Positions 1-12,231 of a DNA stretch of 64,000 nucleotides are shown piece by piece. The notes under the pieces are model-generated. The model was not told the DNA's origin and ran no database searches. It was given only the letters and a program-made list of their open reading frames with translations. The DNA comes from Octopus sinensis (Eukaryota): positions 43,958,001 through 44,022,000 of the forward strand of contig NC_042999.1 in NCBI RefSeq assembly GCF_006345805.1, read 5' to 3'. A program made the position numbers and the translations under genes. Every line of letters starts with the position of its first letter. The stretch's first letter is position 1.

Positions 1-420
1 AGGAAATGAAAATTCTCTGACATGACTCATTGTTATGTGTGTATGTGTGTATATATATATATGTGGGTCATGTAAGTTTTTTCTATATTAAACACAGCAA
101 TCTATCTTTTCTCTGGTTTCTGATTTGGTGTCTTTCAAGCTTAAGTTACTCGTAAAAAGGAAGTAAAATTTGCCATTACTATAACTTACTTTGATAAATT
201 AAAGTAGATCATAATTGAACTTTTCTACATGAAGCATTTTCAGTTTCTAAATCTGTATAGCTATTTGCATTAAAAAGGAGAAATAAACAAATGATTATAC
301 TAGGGTAAAGCAATACACTGGCCCCTATAGTATTTATTGACAGTAAGCCAGAGTATACATAGATCATAGTTGGGACCCTAGACCGCGAGGCACCTGGACA
401 GCTGCCCAGCGTGTCCATAC

Positions 421-632
421 CTATTTCTTTATTACCCACAAGGGGCCAAACACAAAGGGGACAATCAATGACAGACATAGGTATTAAGTCGATTACATCG
501 TCCCCAGTGCGTAACTGGTACTTAATTTATCGACCCCGAAAGGATGAAAGGCAAAGTCGACCTCGGCGGAATTCGAACTCAACGTAACGCAGGCGAAATA
601 CCGCTAAGCATTTCGCCCGACGTGCTAACGTT
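421..632 (-). mobile_element. SINE family A (tRNA-derived, octopus OR-type)
   Basis: Reverse complement of the family A body (TTAGCACG..GGGCGAAATGCTTAGCGG..GAGTTCGAATTCCGCCGAGGTCGACTTTGCCTTTCATCCTTTCGGGG), which recurs more than 15 times in the window. Confidence 0.85.
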
Positions 633-1725
633 TTGGATTAAATACTCGGTAATCAAAATTAAACTGTAGAAAGTTTATCATTTGTGTATGATACATTCTA
701 GTTTCTTTGTTGAATTATCACATATTGTTTTCTTTCATAAGCCATCTGAAAGTTCCTTATCTCGACATATGCCTAGAAATGAAGTTTTGAAAACTCTTAA
801 ATTAGCAGGCATGATTATGAGATTAAGCAAGTTCACTTCATAGCCATGTGATTCCGAGTACGATATCAGTACGTGTCACCCTGAGCAAGTGTTTTCTATC
901 AGAGCCCCGTGTTTACCAATAACATGTGAACGAAATTCTATGTTTATTGAAAGAAGCTCGTCGTACGTACTAAGCATGGCCAATTGGTTAAAAAGTTTGC
1001 TTCGCAATCACAAGGTCCCGGGTTCGAATCATTATGAGCTTTGGATCTGGTAGGTGGAAAGTGTTCGGAAACCAGTCAGATGGATGGCTTGTGCGCACAA
1101 TTAAAAAGCCCAGCCTTGTGACGCCGATTCCACTTGGGAATTGCGAAGAATACAATTGATGTGGAATGTTCAGTCCCACGTTAGTTAGCAGGTACTCGAA
1201 GTACTGAATATTCATTAACGGATATCTACCTACCTACTTCCTAGCGATAGACACAGATATCGACAGGAAAAATGTAGTTTTTACATGTTGATGACAAAAA
1301 TTAGTTTATTTTTTTCCTTGAAATTAAGTTTCATCAGTGTAGAAAGGGGGAAATGTAGAGAAAATTTGAAATACTTCTAGTAGTTTTGGGGAAATTTAAC
1401 GAGATTCCACTTTTGCCTTCATTAAATACACTAAACAAATAATTGACCCATTGGAAATGTTTTAACCAACGACGCTATTGTTCACCAATTGCAATATACA
1501 TGAAATTGCAATAACGTAACTGGCGGTGTATTGTGCAACTCTTTGTAATATAGACTAGTTGATTATGTTGCACATTTCGATTTCCTCATTCTTCTGTGCT
1601 GAGTGAATCTACTTGTATAATAAATAATTAGGTAACTGCTGAATTGTAAATTAAGAAACCTAGTTGCTGATATGGTGATCTACAGGTTTGCTAACTAGTT
1701 GTTTTTATTTCATTAAATTCTCTTA

Positions 1726-1964
1726 ATGTGTGTGTGTATATGTATGTGTGTGTGTATATGTATGTGTGTGTGTATATGTATGTGTGTGTGTATATGTATG
1801 TGTGTGTGTATATGTATGTGTGTGTGTATGTGTGTGTGTATGTGTGTATGTGTGTGTGTGTATATATATATATGTGTGTGTGTGTATATATATGTATGTG
1901 TGTGTGTATATATATGTGTGTGTGTGTGTGTATATATATATGTGTGTGTGTGTGTATATATATG

Positions 1965-1995
<31 letters not shown>

Positions 1996-2060
1996 ATATA
2001 TATATGTGTATATATGTGTGTGTGTGTGTATATATATGTATGTGTGTATGTTTGTGTGTA
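1726..2060. repeat. Compound (TG)n/(TA)n microsatellite
   Basis: Direct reading. It generates the spurious V/C/Y and H/T/I ORFs. Confidence 0.97.
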
Positions 2061-2496
2061 TTTGTTCCTTTGTTTTGATTTACTTTGAAATATTATCAAT
2101 CAAGCTTCCTCTACTTGCATAATTAATCGGTGCTTTTTCTCCATTTTCTACTTGAGCAACATTTGGAACCTCCCCAAATGTTTACAGTTCTGGCTTGGGT
2201 CTATATCAAGCGAAACTGGACTAAAACAATGGGTTTATTGTGGAAATACCCTTTCTAGTATTAATCGCTTTGTATGTATGGTGAAGGTGAATGTTGAACA
2301 TGAAGTCAATGATATGATATTTATTAATATATAAATATTTGAAGGTCAAGTAGCCGAGAATGGAGAGCTTGAAAAATTTACTTGCTATATCTGGTTTTTA
2401 GTTCAAACCCTATGCAGGTCAACTTTGCTTCTCATCATCTTTCTGATAGTAATAATACTGGTTTTAACTAAGAACTTATATTTATGAATGAAATTG

Positions 2497-2985
2497 TTAG
2501 TTGCCGTGACAAGAGCAACATTTAATTTTTTTAATCTTGGTTTCTTAGTTTTGGATTTATACATTGTAGAGAATCCAGTTTATGAGGAATTACAACCGTG
2601 TTTCGTGGTCTGCTACCACAACAGCTCCTTTATAGGATCCAGTTAGCTCAAGACATCATCAGGAGGAACCACGTCCGGTTTCGGCCCCTACTCCTCTTAG
2701 TTGCTGTGACAAGAGCAACATTTTATTTTTTTAATCTTGGCTTCTTAGTTTTGGATTTATACATTGTAGAGAATCCAGTTTATGAGGAATTACAACTGTG
2801 TTTCGTGGTCTGCTACCACAACAGCTCCTTTATAGGATCCAGTTAGCTCAAGACATCATCAGGAGGAACCACGTCCGGTTTCGGCCCCTACTCCTCTTAG
2901 TTGCTGTGACAAGAGCAACATTTAATTTTTTTAATCTTGCTTTCTTAGTTTTGGATTTATACATTGTAGAGAATCCACTTTATGA
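2497..2985. repeat. Tandem repeat, 200-bp unit, about 2.4 copies
   Basis: GTGACAAGAGCAACA at 2506, 2706 and 2906. The identical-start ORFs at 2598 and 2798 are offset by 200. A few substitutions separate the copies. Confidence 0.95.
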
Positions 2986-4050
2986 AATATATTCAAATGA
3001 TTAAAGCTCCATCTTAGGAAAATCTGCCCCACTTAAAATCAAAAGAAATCAATTTATTTAAGATAGAAATAGGACAGAATTGTTAGCATCCACCGAGGTC
3101 GATTTTGCTTTTCTTCTTTTTGGAATCAATACCATTTGAGTACTGAGGTCAATGTAATCGGCTTAACTTCTTCTGAGTAAGAGTATAAAAAACTGCATCC
3201 CTCTGCCAAGCCATTTCAATCCAGTGTTAACAGAGTAGGTTCATCAAACCAGTATGATCTCAAGCTCAAATTCACAACCTCCACATCAGGGAAAGGTTGC
3301 TGGAGAGAACATGCTGAGGCCTTCATTCTGCAGTGGACTGAACATAGGCAATCCAATCCAGGATAGAAATAATAGTTTCCAACAATTCCGAAAGAAAGGG
3401 GATGAGTTGATACTATCAGCCCCATTACTTGTATTATATTTTATCAACCTGAAAGGTTGGATGAAAGATTAAGTTAACCTCTGCAGGATTTGAACTCAGG
3501 ATTTGAAAAACCCAAACAAATACTAGAGAGCATTTTTTCTCTGACACTAGCATCTCTCTCTCTCTCTCTTAATGAGAATTTTTGAAAATTCACACAAACA
3601 TTTAAATTAGGTTTGCCATATAAAAGCAAATTCAATCCTCTTTATTAAATCGTTTATTCATTTATTCAGGAGATTCCATTTAGCTCCTGTGTTTGCTATT
3701 TATTAGTAAAAGGAAACTAATGAGACAATGTTTTCATTGTAGGTGCCTGAAATACATGAAATATATGGAATCATAGATAATATCTAATTGTGGTTACAAG
3801 ATTAATGGTGGGTCTGTTTGCATCTAATTTTAGGCCAAGTAGTTCAAAGCTGAATATCTTTCTTGATTATCCTCATTTAATGATGAAAATGTTTATTATA
3901 AAATTGATAGTCTATGGATGAGAGCCCTAATAGTGTGCTGGACTGGTAACTAAGGGAGTACATGGTTCACATCACATAATTATTGCTGTTCTTGGAACTG
4001 AGCCAAGATTGATGAGGATACAGCAAGATTATTATTAAGTCAGCAAGCTG

Positions 4051-4550
4051 AAGGCAGTGGGCTGGCAGAAGCGTTAGCACGGCAGGCAAAATGCTTAGCG
4101 GCGAGCTGGCAGAAACGTTAGCACTCGGGTGAAATGTTTAGCGGTATTTCGTCTGTCTTCATGTTCTAAGTTCAAATTCCGCCGAGGTCGACTTTGCATT
4201 TCATCCTTTCAGGGTCGATAAATTAAGTAGCAGTTGTGTACTGGGGTTGATATAATCAACTGGATCTCTCTCCTTACAATTTGAGGTCTTGTGCCTATAG
4301 TAGAAAGGATTATTAAATCAGTAAGCTGGCAGAATTGTTGGTACACCAGGCAAAATGCTTAGTGGAATTTTGCCTGTCTTTACGTTCTGAATTCAAATAC
4401 TGCCAAGGTCAGCTTTGCCTCTTTTTTTTTTTTTTGTGGTGGGGGGGGGTCAATAAAATAAGTACCAGCTGAGAACTTGTGTTGATGTAATCAACTTACC
4501 CCCCTCGCCCAACTTGTTGGCCATGTGCCAAAATTTGGAACCGTACTCAT
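4051..4550 (+). mobile_element. Head-to-tail SINE A copies; the first has a duplicated head
   Basis: GCTGGCAGAA.CGTTAGCAC occurs twice at 4062-4130, and a second copy starts at about 4322. Confidence 0.8.
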
Positions 4551-4680
4551 TGTTATTACTATTTTTATTATCATTATTATTCTGGTTCTGTGCACCTTTA
4601 GTTCAGATGCTGCCATGGTCAATTTTGCTCTTAATCCCTCTAGGTTCTATAAAATAAGCACAAGTTGAGTACTATGATTG

Positions 4681-5162
4681 ATCATCATCATCATTGTCGT
4701 TTAACGTCCACTTTCCATGCTAGCATGTGTTAGACGATTTCACTGAGGTCTGGTGAACCAGATGATTGCACCAGACACCAATCTGATCTGGCAGAGTTTC
4801 TACAGCTGGATGCCCTTCCTAATGCCAACCACTCTGAGAGTGTAGTGGGTGCTTTTAATGCCACCAGCACGAGGTCCAGTCAGGCGGTACTGGCAACAGC
4901 CACGCTCAAATGGTGTTTTTTATGTGCCACCTGCACAGGAGCCAGTCCAGCAGCGCTAGCAACGACCTCGCTTGAATGTTTTACACGTGCCACCAGCACA
5001 AGTGCCAGTAAGGCGACGCAGGTAACTATCACGCTCGAATGGTGCTTTTTACATGCCATCGGCATGGAGGCCAGTTTGTTGCTCTGGCAATGATCACGCT
5101 CATATGGTACTCTTAGCGCTCCACTAGCATGGATGCCAGTTATCGAATTTGATTTCGATTTC
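4681..5162 (-). mobile_element. Retroposon family D: (ATG)n tail, RTE-like 3' end, internal ~65-bp tandem units
   Basis: (CAT)n followed by ..GCTGGATGCCCTTCCTAA(C/T)GCCAACCACTC and about five GTGCCACC-containing units. Confidence 0.85.
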
Positions 5163-5228
5163 TGTAATCAATTATCCCCTTCCGCTAAAATCACTCACCT
5201 TGTGCCAAGATTTGAAACTTATTATTAA

Positions 5229-5447
5229 CCCTTTTGTTACCATATTTCTTCTGTTGCTCTGTTTCTTTCAATTAATTTTAGATATAACAAAGAATTTAGT
5301 AAAATTACTTAGTTGTCATTAAGCTAGTGTTAGGAACATAAATTGTAACTGAGGTTTGGTGGAAGATTTTAATTCACAGTTTTTGCAAACAAGACATTTG
5401 TACTACAGAGCCAAATGCAGTTTCAGCAGGGTTTGATACCAAAAGGG
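5229..5447. mobile_element. piggyBac-type MITE, family P1
   Basis: TTAA|CCCTTTTG ... CAAAAGGG|TTAA, 219 bp. Confidence 0.85.
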
Positions 5448-6212
5448 TTAAGGCAGCAAACAGAGAGAATTGTTAGCACACTAAGCAAAATGCTTAGAGA
5501 CATTGTTTGTCTTTACATTCTGAGTTCAAATTCTGCCATGTTGACTTTGCCTTTCATCCTTTTGGGGTTGATAAAATAAGTACTAGGTGAGTGCTAGGGT
5601 TGATGTAATTGGTTTATCCCCCCCCCCAAATTGCTGGATTTGTGCCAAAATTTGAAACCATTATTATTATTCTGTTAGGTGTCTATATTGAGTTTAAATT
5701 TTCTCTTATCAATGCCACTTGGAGTTGATAAGCTCTGCCAGAATCACTAACTTTAGATGCACTACATAGTCTCCCATTAGTTCCATTATAGATTAGTTTC
5801 AAGTAGATGTTCCCATTAAAATAGTGGAAAGCTCTATTTCAATTGATATAGTCTTTTTACTATTATCTCTATGGTAGTGCTGAGAACTAACTCTTTGCAT
5901 ATGTCACATTCCTAGAATAACATCTGTTCATTCCTCTCGTTTTTTAAATTAAATTACATCTCAGTGGCTTAACAAGGGAAGATTTTTTTTTCTAACTAAA
6001 TAGGGCAAGATATTAATCTTAACAAAACTTTATTACTTTTTCCTAAGCTTTTTTTTTTTTAAATTCAATATTTGATTATTTGGATTTACATGCGAGGCAT
6101 TGTTTCAATCTAGTTTAACTGAAATCTGATATCAGAAGTTCAGTGGGCCTTTCTCAAATACAAAATCATCTCAAGTGAAACAATTTAGAATAGAAATAAA
6201 TATTACTATTAA

Positions 6213-6429
6213 CCCTTTAGTGTTCACACCAGCCATATCCAGCCCAAATATTCTGCCTGTTTTATGGTTAAACTAGCCAGATCCAGCCTCTTGCATCTAC
6301 CCTACAATGTCCTTCTAAAAATAAACTGTCCGCCATCAAATTCTTAAAGATGTGAGATAATACATGATTAATTCAAAACAATGTGAATAAATAAATATTA
6401 CTATTCACAGTAATCTGAATGCTAAAGGG
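6213..6429. mobile_element. piggyBac-type MITE, family P2
   Basis: TTAA|CCCTTTAG ... CTAAAGGG|TTAA, 217 bp. Confidence 0.85.
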
Positions 6430-7313
6430 TTAAAGGCTTATCTGCCAATAATTCATATATACTTTGAAAAACTTTCATTTGATTATGGTATTTACTATTT
6501 CTTGAAAAGGAGCCATCAATAACATTTGCTCTTAGACCTAAGTTGAAAATATTTAACGAATTTTAGACAACTTTGGGACACTTTCTTTTATATATGGCAA
6601 ACAGAGTATACATGGTGTGTATGTTTAGAAGTACGGTGCTGTAGATGCAGTATTATAATAAAAATATAAACACTAAAGACATAAAAATTACTAGTTGCAA
6701 TTTTCTGTTAGGTAGCTTGAGGTAGTCTGTACAATAATTATAACATGAAGACGGTAGAAATGTTGCTGCTTAGCTTCAGTTGGCATTAAGCAGTTGAGAT
6801 CTTCTACTTGGTATGATCATCTGTTGCAGGTATCTTTCTATAATGATCTACTGTAAGGGTTCTCAAAGCAGGGCATGTAACAGAAATTGCATGGTTATGC
6901 AATGTTTGTTAAAACATTGGGATTTTGAGGTGATCATTTTACCAGCAGAACGCAACTGAGTGTCTAGAAAATGATGTGAAGAGCCTTTTGCTGTTTTCCT
7001 CCACTTATTGTTATGAACAAATGTTTTCAGCAATGTTTATAACCAAAAACAAATTTCAAGCCAAGGTGTATGTGTCCCTCTGAAACTACTGAGAACAGAG
7101 TTACTTATCACAAAGAACCAAGTTCATTACATTTATTAAAACTAACATTAAATTAAGCTTTTTTTAATAGACACACAAAGTCAGAAATTGGTGGGTAAGA
7201 AACTTACTAACAACCATAGACCTTTATTGATACCATATTTTATTGATCCCTGAAAGACAAAAGGCACAGTTGATCATAATGTGACTTGGATCCTTTACAT
7301 TAGATTACATTAA

Positions 7314-7498
7314 CCCTTTAGTATTTCAGCCCCAAATATTCTACTTGTTTTATGATTTCGTCTCTCACACCTACCCTACAATGTTGTTCTAAATATATAA
7401 AATCACATCATTGAAACCACAAGACAATGCATGATTAATTAAAAACCATGAAAATAAATAAACATTACATTTGATAAAGTAATCTGAATGCCAAAGGA
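7314..7498. mobile_element. piggyBac-type MITE, family P2, degenerate
   Basis: TTAA|CCCTTTTAG ... CTGAATGCCAAAGGA|TTAA. Interior is similar to 6213-6429. Confidence 0.7.
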
Positions 7499-9919
7499 TT
7501 AACAAATATTATGTCTGTTCTGATACCCAACCATTTTACACACAATTCTTCACATGACATTAGCCAACACTGACAGACATGATGAAGAAGAATACAGGGT
7601 GACAAATGTTTAAGAACCCTTCATCTAGTGTCTACCCTTCAAAACTAAGTGAACCAAGAATACAGAATTAAGTGTACTATTAAAGTATATTATGAGTCTT
7701 TTCATTTCTGACATAACAAATTGGTTGTAATAGGATTTGATCTCTTAGTAGTGTAGCTAATAATCTGGAACATTAAACTTAGACATGCTGTCTTCTGTTA
7801 CTGAATGTTCTGTGTCAACTATAATGAAGCCAGCATGTGTCACATGACTTTTTATCGATTGCTGACTAAGTGACCTATAAACAGAATATACAAGATATCA
7901 CTACTTACTACTGTGTGACTTCTTTTAAGTATTTATTACTCAAGCATATTGTTGAATACCCTCCAGAACAGATTGAGCAGACCTATGATCAAAGAAGTTC
8001 AATCTATGACAATCTCATCTTTTTCTCTCTTCCACCCTTGTAGTAGTATACCACGAAGTACATTAGCCAGTGGTGGCTCATGTATAGGAACTGTGGAACT
8101 GCAGCACCCCCTATTTCCACTTGATATTATCAATAACATTTAATATAATGAGTCCTTTTTACTTTAATTCTCTTTTTATGCTTGTACATTATATAATCCT
8201 TAAGCTTAATGTCAGTAGCTATCTTCTAGTTTACAAGAAAAATTCAAAAATCCTTGTATAGAACTGTGCACTTCACAATTCCAGCAATGCACTGTTTGGC
8301 TGTTGTGCACATGCTCACATGTCCAAGATAGGAAGCTTCACACTAGGGAGAGAGAGAGAGCATTTTGTGAACAACAGTGCTGGGTGGAAGTTGGTGTTTC
8401 TTTTTGACTCCGCATGTGTTGTGCTTAAAAGCATGTTTATATTATTGAATATGATAAAGTATAGAATTAGATTATCCAGCTTCAGTGTTGCTACCAGGAT
8501 TTGAAAAATCAAGCACCCCTCCCCCTTATTTTGTGATTACGGGGGGGATTTTTGAAAATAAGGGGGAATTTGCAGCAGTGTTCAATGAAGAAATTAAACG
8601 CGCTACCTAGTAGTGGCTAAAGTGCAAACTGATCAAGTTTATGTATAAATATTCTTTTTATATGTTTGTTTCCTTTTACACAATATTAAAACAATGGCTA
8701 AAAGTTTTCTGAAGTAGCACCCTCACTAATTCTATCTACGAGCTGCCACTGACATTAGCTGATATTGTTTTTTCTTTAGCTATTTTTAAAAAGCTTCTAG
8801 AAGGAATTTAATAATTTACATTTTAGTTAAATTTTCTACTATTCAACCACAGGCTATAGGGGAAAAAAAATATCTAAGTTCTTTTGTTTCAGAAGAAATT
8901 ATTTCTCTTTGCTTGTGGTGAGATATGAATGCAAAGCCTTTTGTTTAAGAAACCAAAACCTTACCTATTTGGTCAATATGACTCTTATGAACAAGGAAGA
9001 CCATACAAAAAGACACCCCTTTTAACCATCACATAAGTACAAACAACTAGTTTCAATTGAATCAGTTATAATTTACTAATTATGTCGTTCAGATATGTTG
9101 ATAATGGTTTGAAAACAAACTTGTTTACGTCTATCACTTGACCTAAGAGAAACAAAACAACTTTTGAGTTGAAGGCATTTTTCTAAGTGGCCGCTCATGG
9201 TGCTAGAAGTAGCAGTCAAATCTCCCTTAAATCAAATCCTCACCATGTTGAATAATGAAATATGGGGCCTTGGGTGCCTTTAAAGGAGTTGACTCTCTTG
9301 TAAATATATGGACCAAGATCTCTGGTTTTAGAATACCTTCTTCTCTGAAGCCTTCTCTCTTGATTAAAAGGCAAGAAAATAATACCACTAAAAAGACAGG
9401 AGTGTCATGTCTGTAATGCTTAGTATCACAAGGCTACTTGATATGATGCTTAACACCAATACCAAAAAATGGTTTTTGAACTAGCGAAGGAGCATCTGTT
9501 GCAGTCCATTGTGAAAGCTTGTCCAGGTTTCCTGACGTGTTGTGTGATCTTTGTAAACAAGAGGCTCATTCATACAGTACCATTTGTTTCCTGTTCTCTG
9601 TAAATATGTCCATGCTGCATTTTGTTTGGCAGGCTGTGAAGATAATTTTGCTTGGAAACAGACACAGATTGGTGTCAGAAAGGGCATCTTGGACCTTCAC
9701 TATTTTTTTCTGATTTTTGATTATATTTTTCATCATATTCTGCAGTTTTTCCCTCTTACTATGATTAATCTGAAACTCTGCTCTTAAACTAAGGCCAAGG
9801 CAGGAAATATCAGTATTGGACTCTATACTCCTCTTACCTTTTACTTGTTTCAGTCATTGGACTGCAGCCATGCTGGGGCACTGTCTTCAGGAATTTTAGG
9901 TAATCTAATCAACCCCAGT

Positions 9920-9962
<43 letters not shown>

Positions 9963-10269
9963 TCTTGTTTCTGCTACATCTTTGGTGGTATGTAATTATT
10001 GTTTAGCCCCCCCCCCCAGTCAGCTCTGATTGAGCTACGATGAAAGGCATTCTAACTATAACCATCCTGTCTTTTTTGCCTGTTCATCCTTTGAGATGGT
10101 ATGGTGTGATTTAAGGAAAATTTGACTATTATTTCTAGCATGTTGAGCAACCACATTCATGCTCCTACTGCTTCTGCAGTCACAAAGATGAAAGGAGCTT
10201 GGGTATCTCTCTGAAGGATTCCTGCTGCTGTTGTACAATTTTTGATAGGTTTTCATATATAACGTTCAT

Positions 10270-10700
10270 AACTGTGATACCCTAGTTCAACAGGAAATGT
10301 AACATGATCTTTTTGTCGATCCTATCAAATGTCTTCAAGAAATCGACAAACAGAATTGAATTTTGTCTGAAGATTCTGAGCTCTTCTGTGATTCTTCTAA
10401 GGACAATAATTTGCATCATTGTTGATCTATTTTAGTGAAAGCCATTTTGGTTCTGTCATAGGATGGAATCAGTATAAGGAAGAATACTGTTAAGGAGCAT
10501 AGAAATGTAGATTTTTTTGATATGTAGTTCTGAGGCAGGTGAAGGTTACCTTTCTTTGGAAGTGGAAATATCAAACTTGACTTAGTGTAAACAAAGCAAT
10601 GTTGCAAAAACCAATGACAAGTTGATTCTAGGTCATGTGCACCTGAAGGCATGTGGAAGATGGAAATAAAATGTAGGAAATGGAAGTTAAAAACATGTAG
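10270..10700 (-). pseudogene. RTE-clade LINE reverse transcriptase relic
   Basis: Minus-strand translation gives LIFPLPKKGNLHLPQNY, then after a frameshift MLLNSILPYTDSIL*QNQNGFH*NRSTMMQIIVLRRITEELRIFRQNSILFVDFLKTFDRID. These match the PKKG, QNGF and FVDFxKxFD motifs of non-LTR RT. Confidence 0.85.
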
Positions 10701-11319
10701 TGCAGTTAATAAAATCATAACATCCTTGCTTGTTTAAGATTTTTTCTTTTTTCTATACTGACATAGGTTTCGTGTTTCTGCAAATTTGGAGTTTTTGCAT
10801 TAATAGTAAACAACCTTCGTAACAACAACCATGATAAGAAATTGATACTTCTTCCACCAAGTAATTAAGACAAATACAAGTACTGTGCTTTTCATTAGAA
10901 CATTTGAATAAATGTGGGAGGTTTTTTTATGGTTTCTTGGCATGCCAGAAATAGCAATCAGATTTCTCTAACTTACAGCTTCTTACTATCTTGGAAAAAG
11001 ATACAGTGAACAATATACTCCCAAATATAGAAAAAGACAGGATGGTCGGTCACTTTGAGCAGGACGGTCGGTCACTTTGAGCAGGACTGTGATCAGTTAG
11101 GACTGACCTGGGGCCAAACAATAATACATCATAGTACATGTAATAAAACTATGACAGCAATCAAATTCCTTTACTACTCAACCACTGCATTATCATCATC
11201 ATCATCGTCGTCATCAACCCCTGGAAATTATTGTTTCAAGTCCTAAGATTCATAGGGCTGGTTACCCAGTTTCCATGCTGTATGAATAACTGAGATCACA
11301 ACATTCTCCCTGAACTGGA

Positions 11320-11482
11320 TGCAAATATGTCCTAGGGTTACTCATTTACAGCTGAGTGAACTGGAGCAACGTTGAAATGAAGTATTTTGCTGAAGAACAC
11401 AATGCGCTGCCCAGTCTGGAAATTAGAACTACAATCTTGTGATCATGAGTGTAACACTCTAACCATTATGCCACATGCCCTT
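11320..11482 (-). mobile_element. Degenerate tRNA-headed SINE, family not assigned
   Basis: The reverse complement reads as a tRNA-like head (GGCATGTGGCATAATGGTTAGAGTG...GTAGTTCTAATTTCC) followed by a body. Confidence 0.55.
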
Positions 11483-11998
11483 ACTACCACTACAACTATT
11501 TAACATGGATGTATTGAGTCTAATTGACTCTTTCAGACTGCGTAAAGAGGTAACTGAGTTTATAGCACCTATTAAAAATGTACAATTAATGCTGAATCTA
11601 AAATGGTGAGGATTGTTGTTCAACCCCAGCTTGACTCAAATCAAGCAGACCTATGAACTGAGCAAATGTATTCCAGTTATGACCACCTTGTCTTTATATG
11701 GGTATATATCTAATACTAGATTAACCAATGTGTTCTTTCCTTATCCTTTTAGTTACTAGATTTCTATTGAAATACACTAATGTTGTTTCAATTAATTTTG
11801 CAAATGAAGATAATGAAATAACTTTGCCATTAAGCTGATATTTAGAACATCAATTAACATGAAATTTTGGTGGAAGGTTTTTAATTTAGGTCATTTTAAA
11901 ATAAGAATTCTGTATCTTGGAACCAGTGGCAGTTTCTGGTGGGTTGATATCAAAAGCATTAAGAAACTAGGATGTAATTTGAGATTTGGTTGCTATTT

Positions 11999-12231
11999 TT
12001 TATTTCTTTATTGCCCACAAGGGGTTAAATTTAGAGGGGACCAACAAGGACCGACAAAGGGATTGTCGATTACATCGACCCCAGTGTAACTGGTACCTAA
12101 TTTATCGACCCCGAAAGGATGAAAGGCAAAGTCGACCTCGGTGGAATTTGAACTCAGAACATAGCGGCAGACGAAATACCATTAAGCATTTTGCCCGGCG
12201 TGCTAACGTTTCTGCCAGCTCTCCGCCTTAG
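11999..12231 (-). mobile_element. SINE family A, full length
   Basis: 14-bp TSD TTTGGTTGCTATTT at 11985-11998 and 12232-12245. Confidence 0.92.

Noticed and set aside
1713-2122. Long ORFs rich in H/T/I or V/C/Y
   Set aside because: They are translations of (TG)n/(TA)n microsatellite and show no coding signal.
2497-2985. CRISPR-like array, coding repeat or assembly duplication
   Set aside because: There is no repeat-spacer structure and the context is eukaryotic. The ORFs are unremarkable. Substitutions between copies argue against an assembly artefact.
3743-3808. Candidate exon after TTTTCATTGTAG
   Set aside because: All three frames stop within 45 nt and the donor is weak.
8521-8565. 12-bp inverted repeat CCCCCTTATTTT / AAAATAAGGGGG
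   Set aside because: The arms are low complexity and too short for a miRNA precursor or MITE call.
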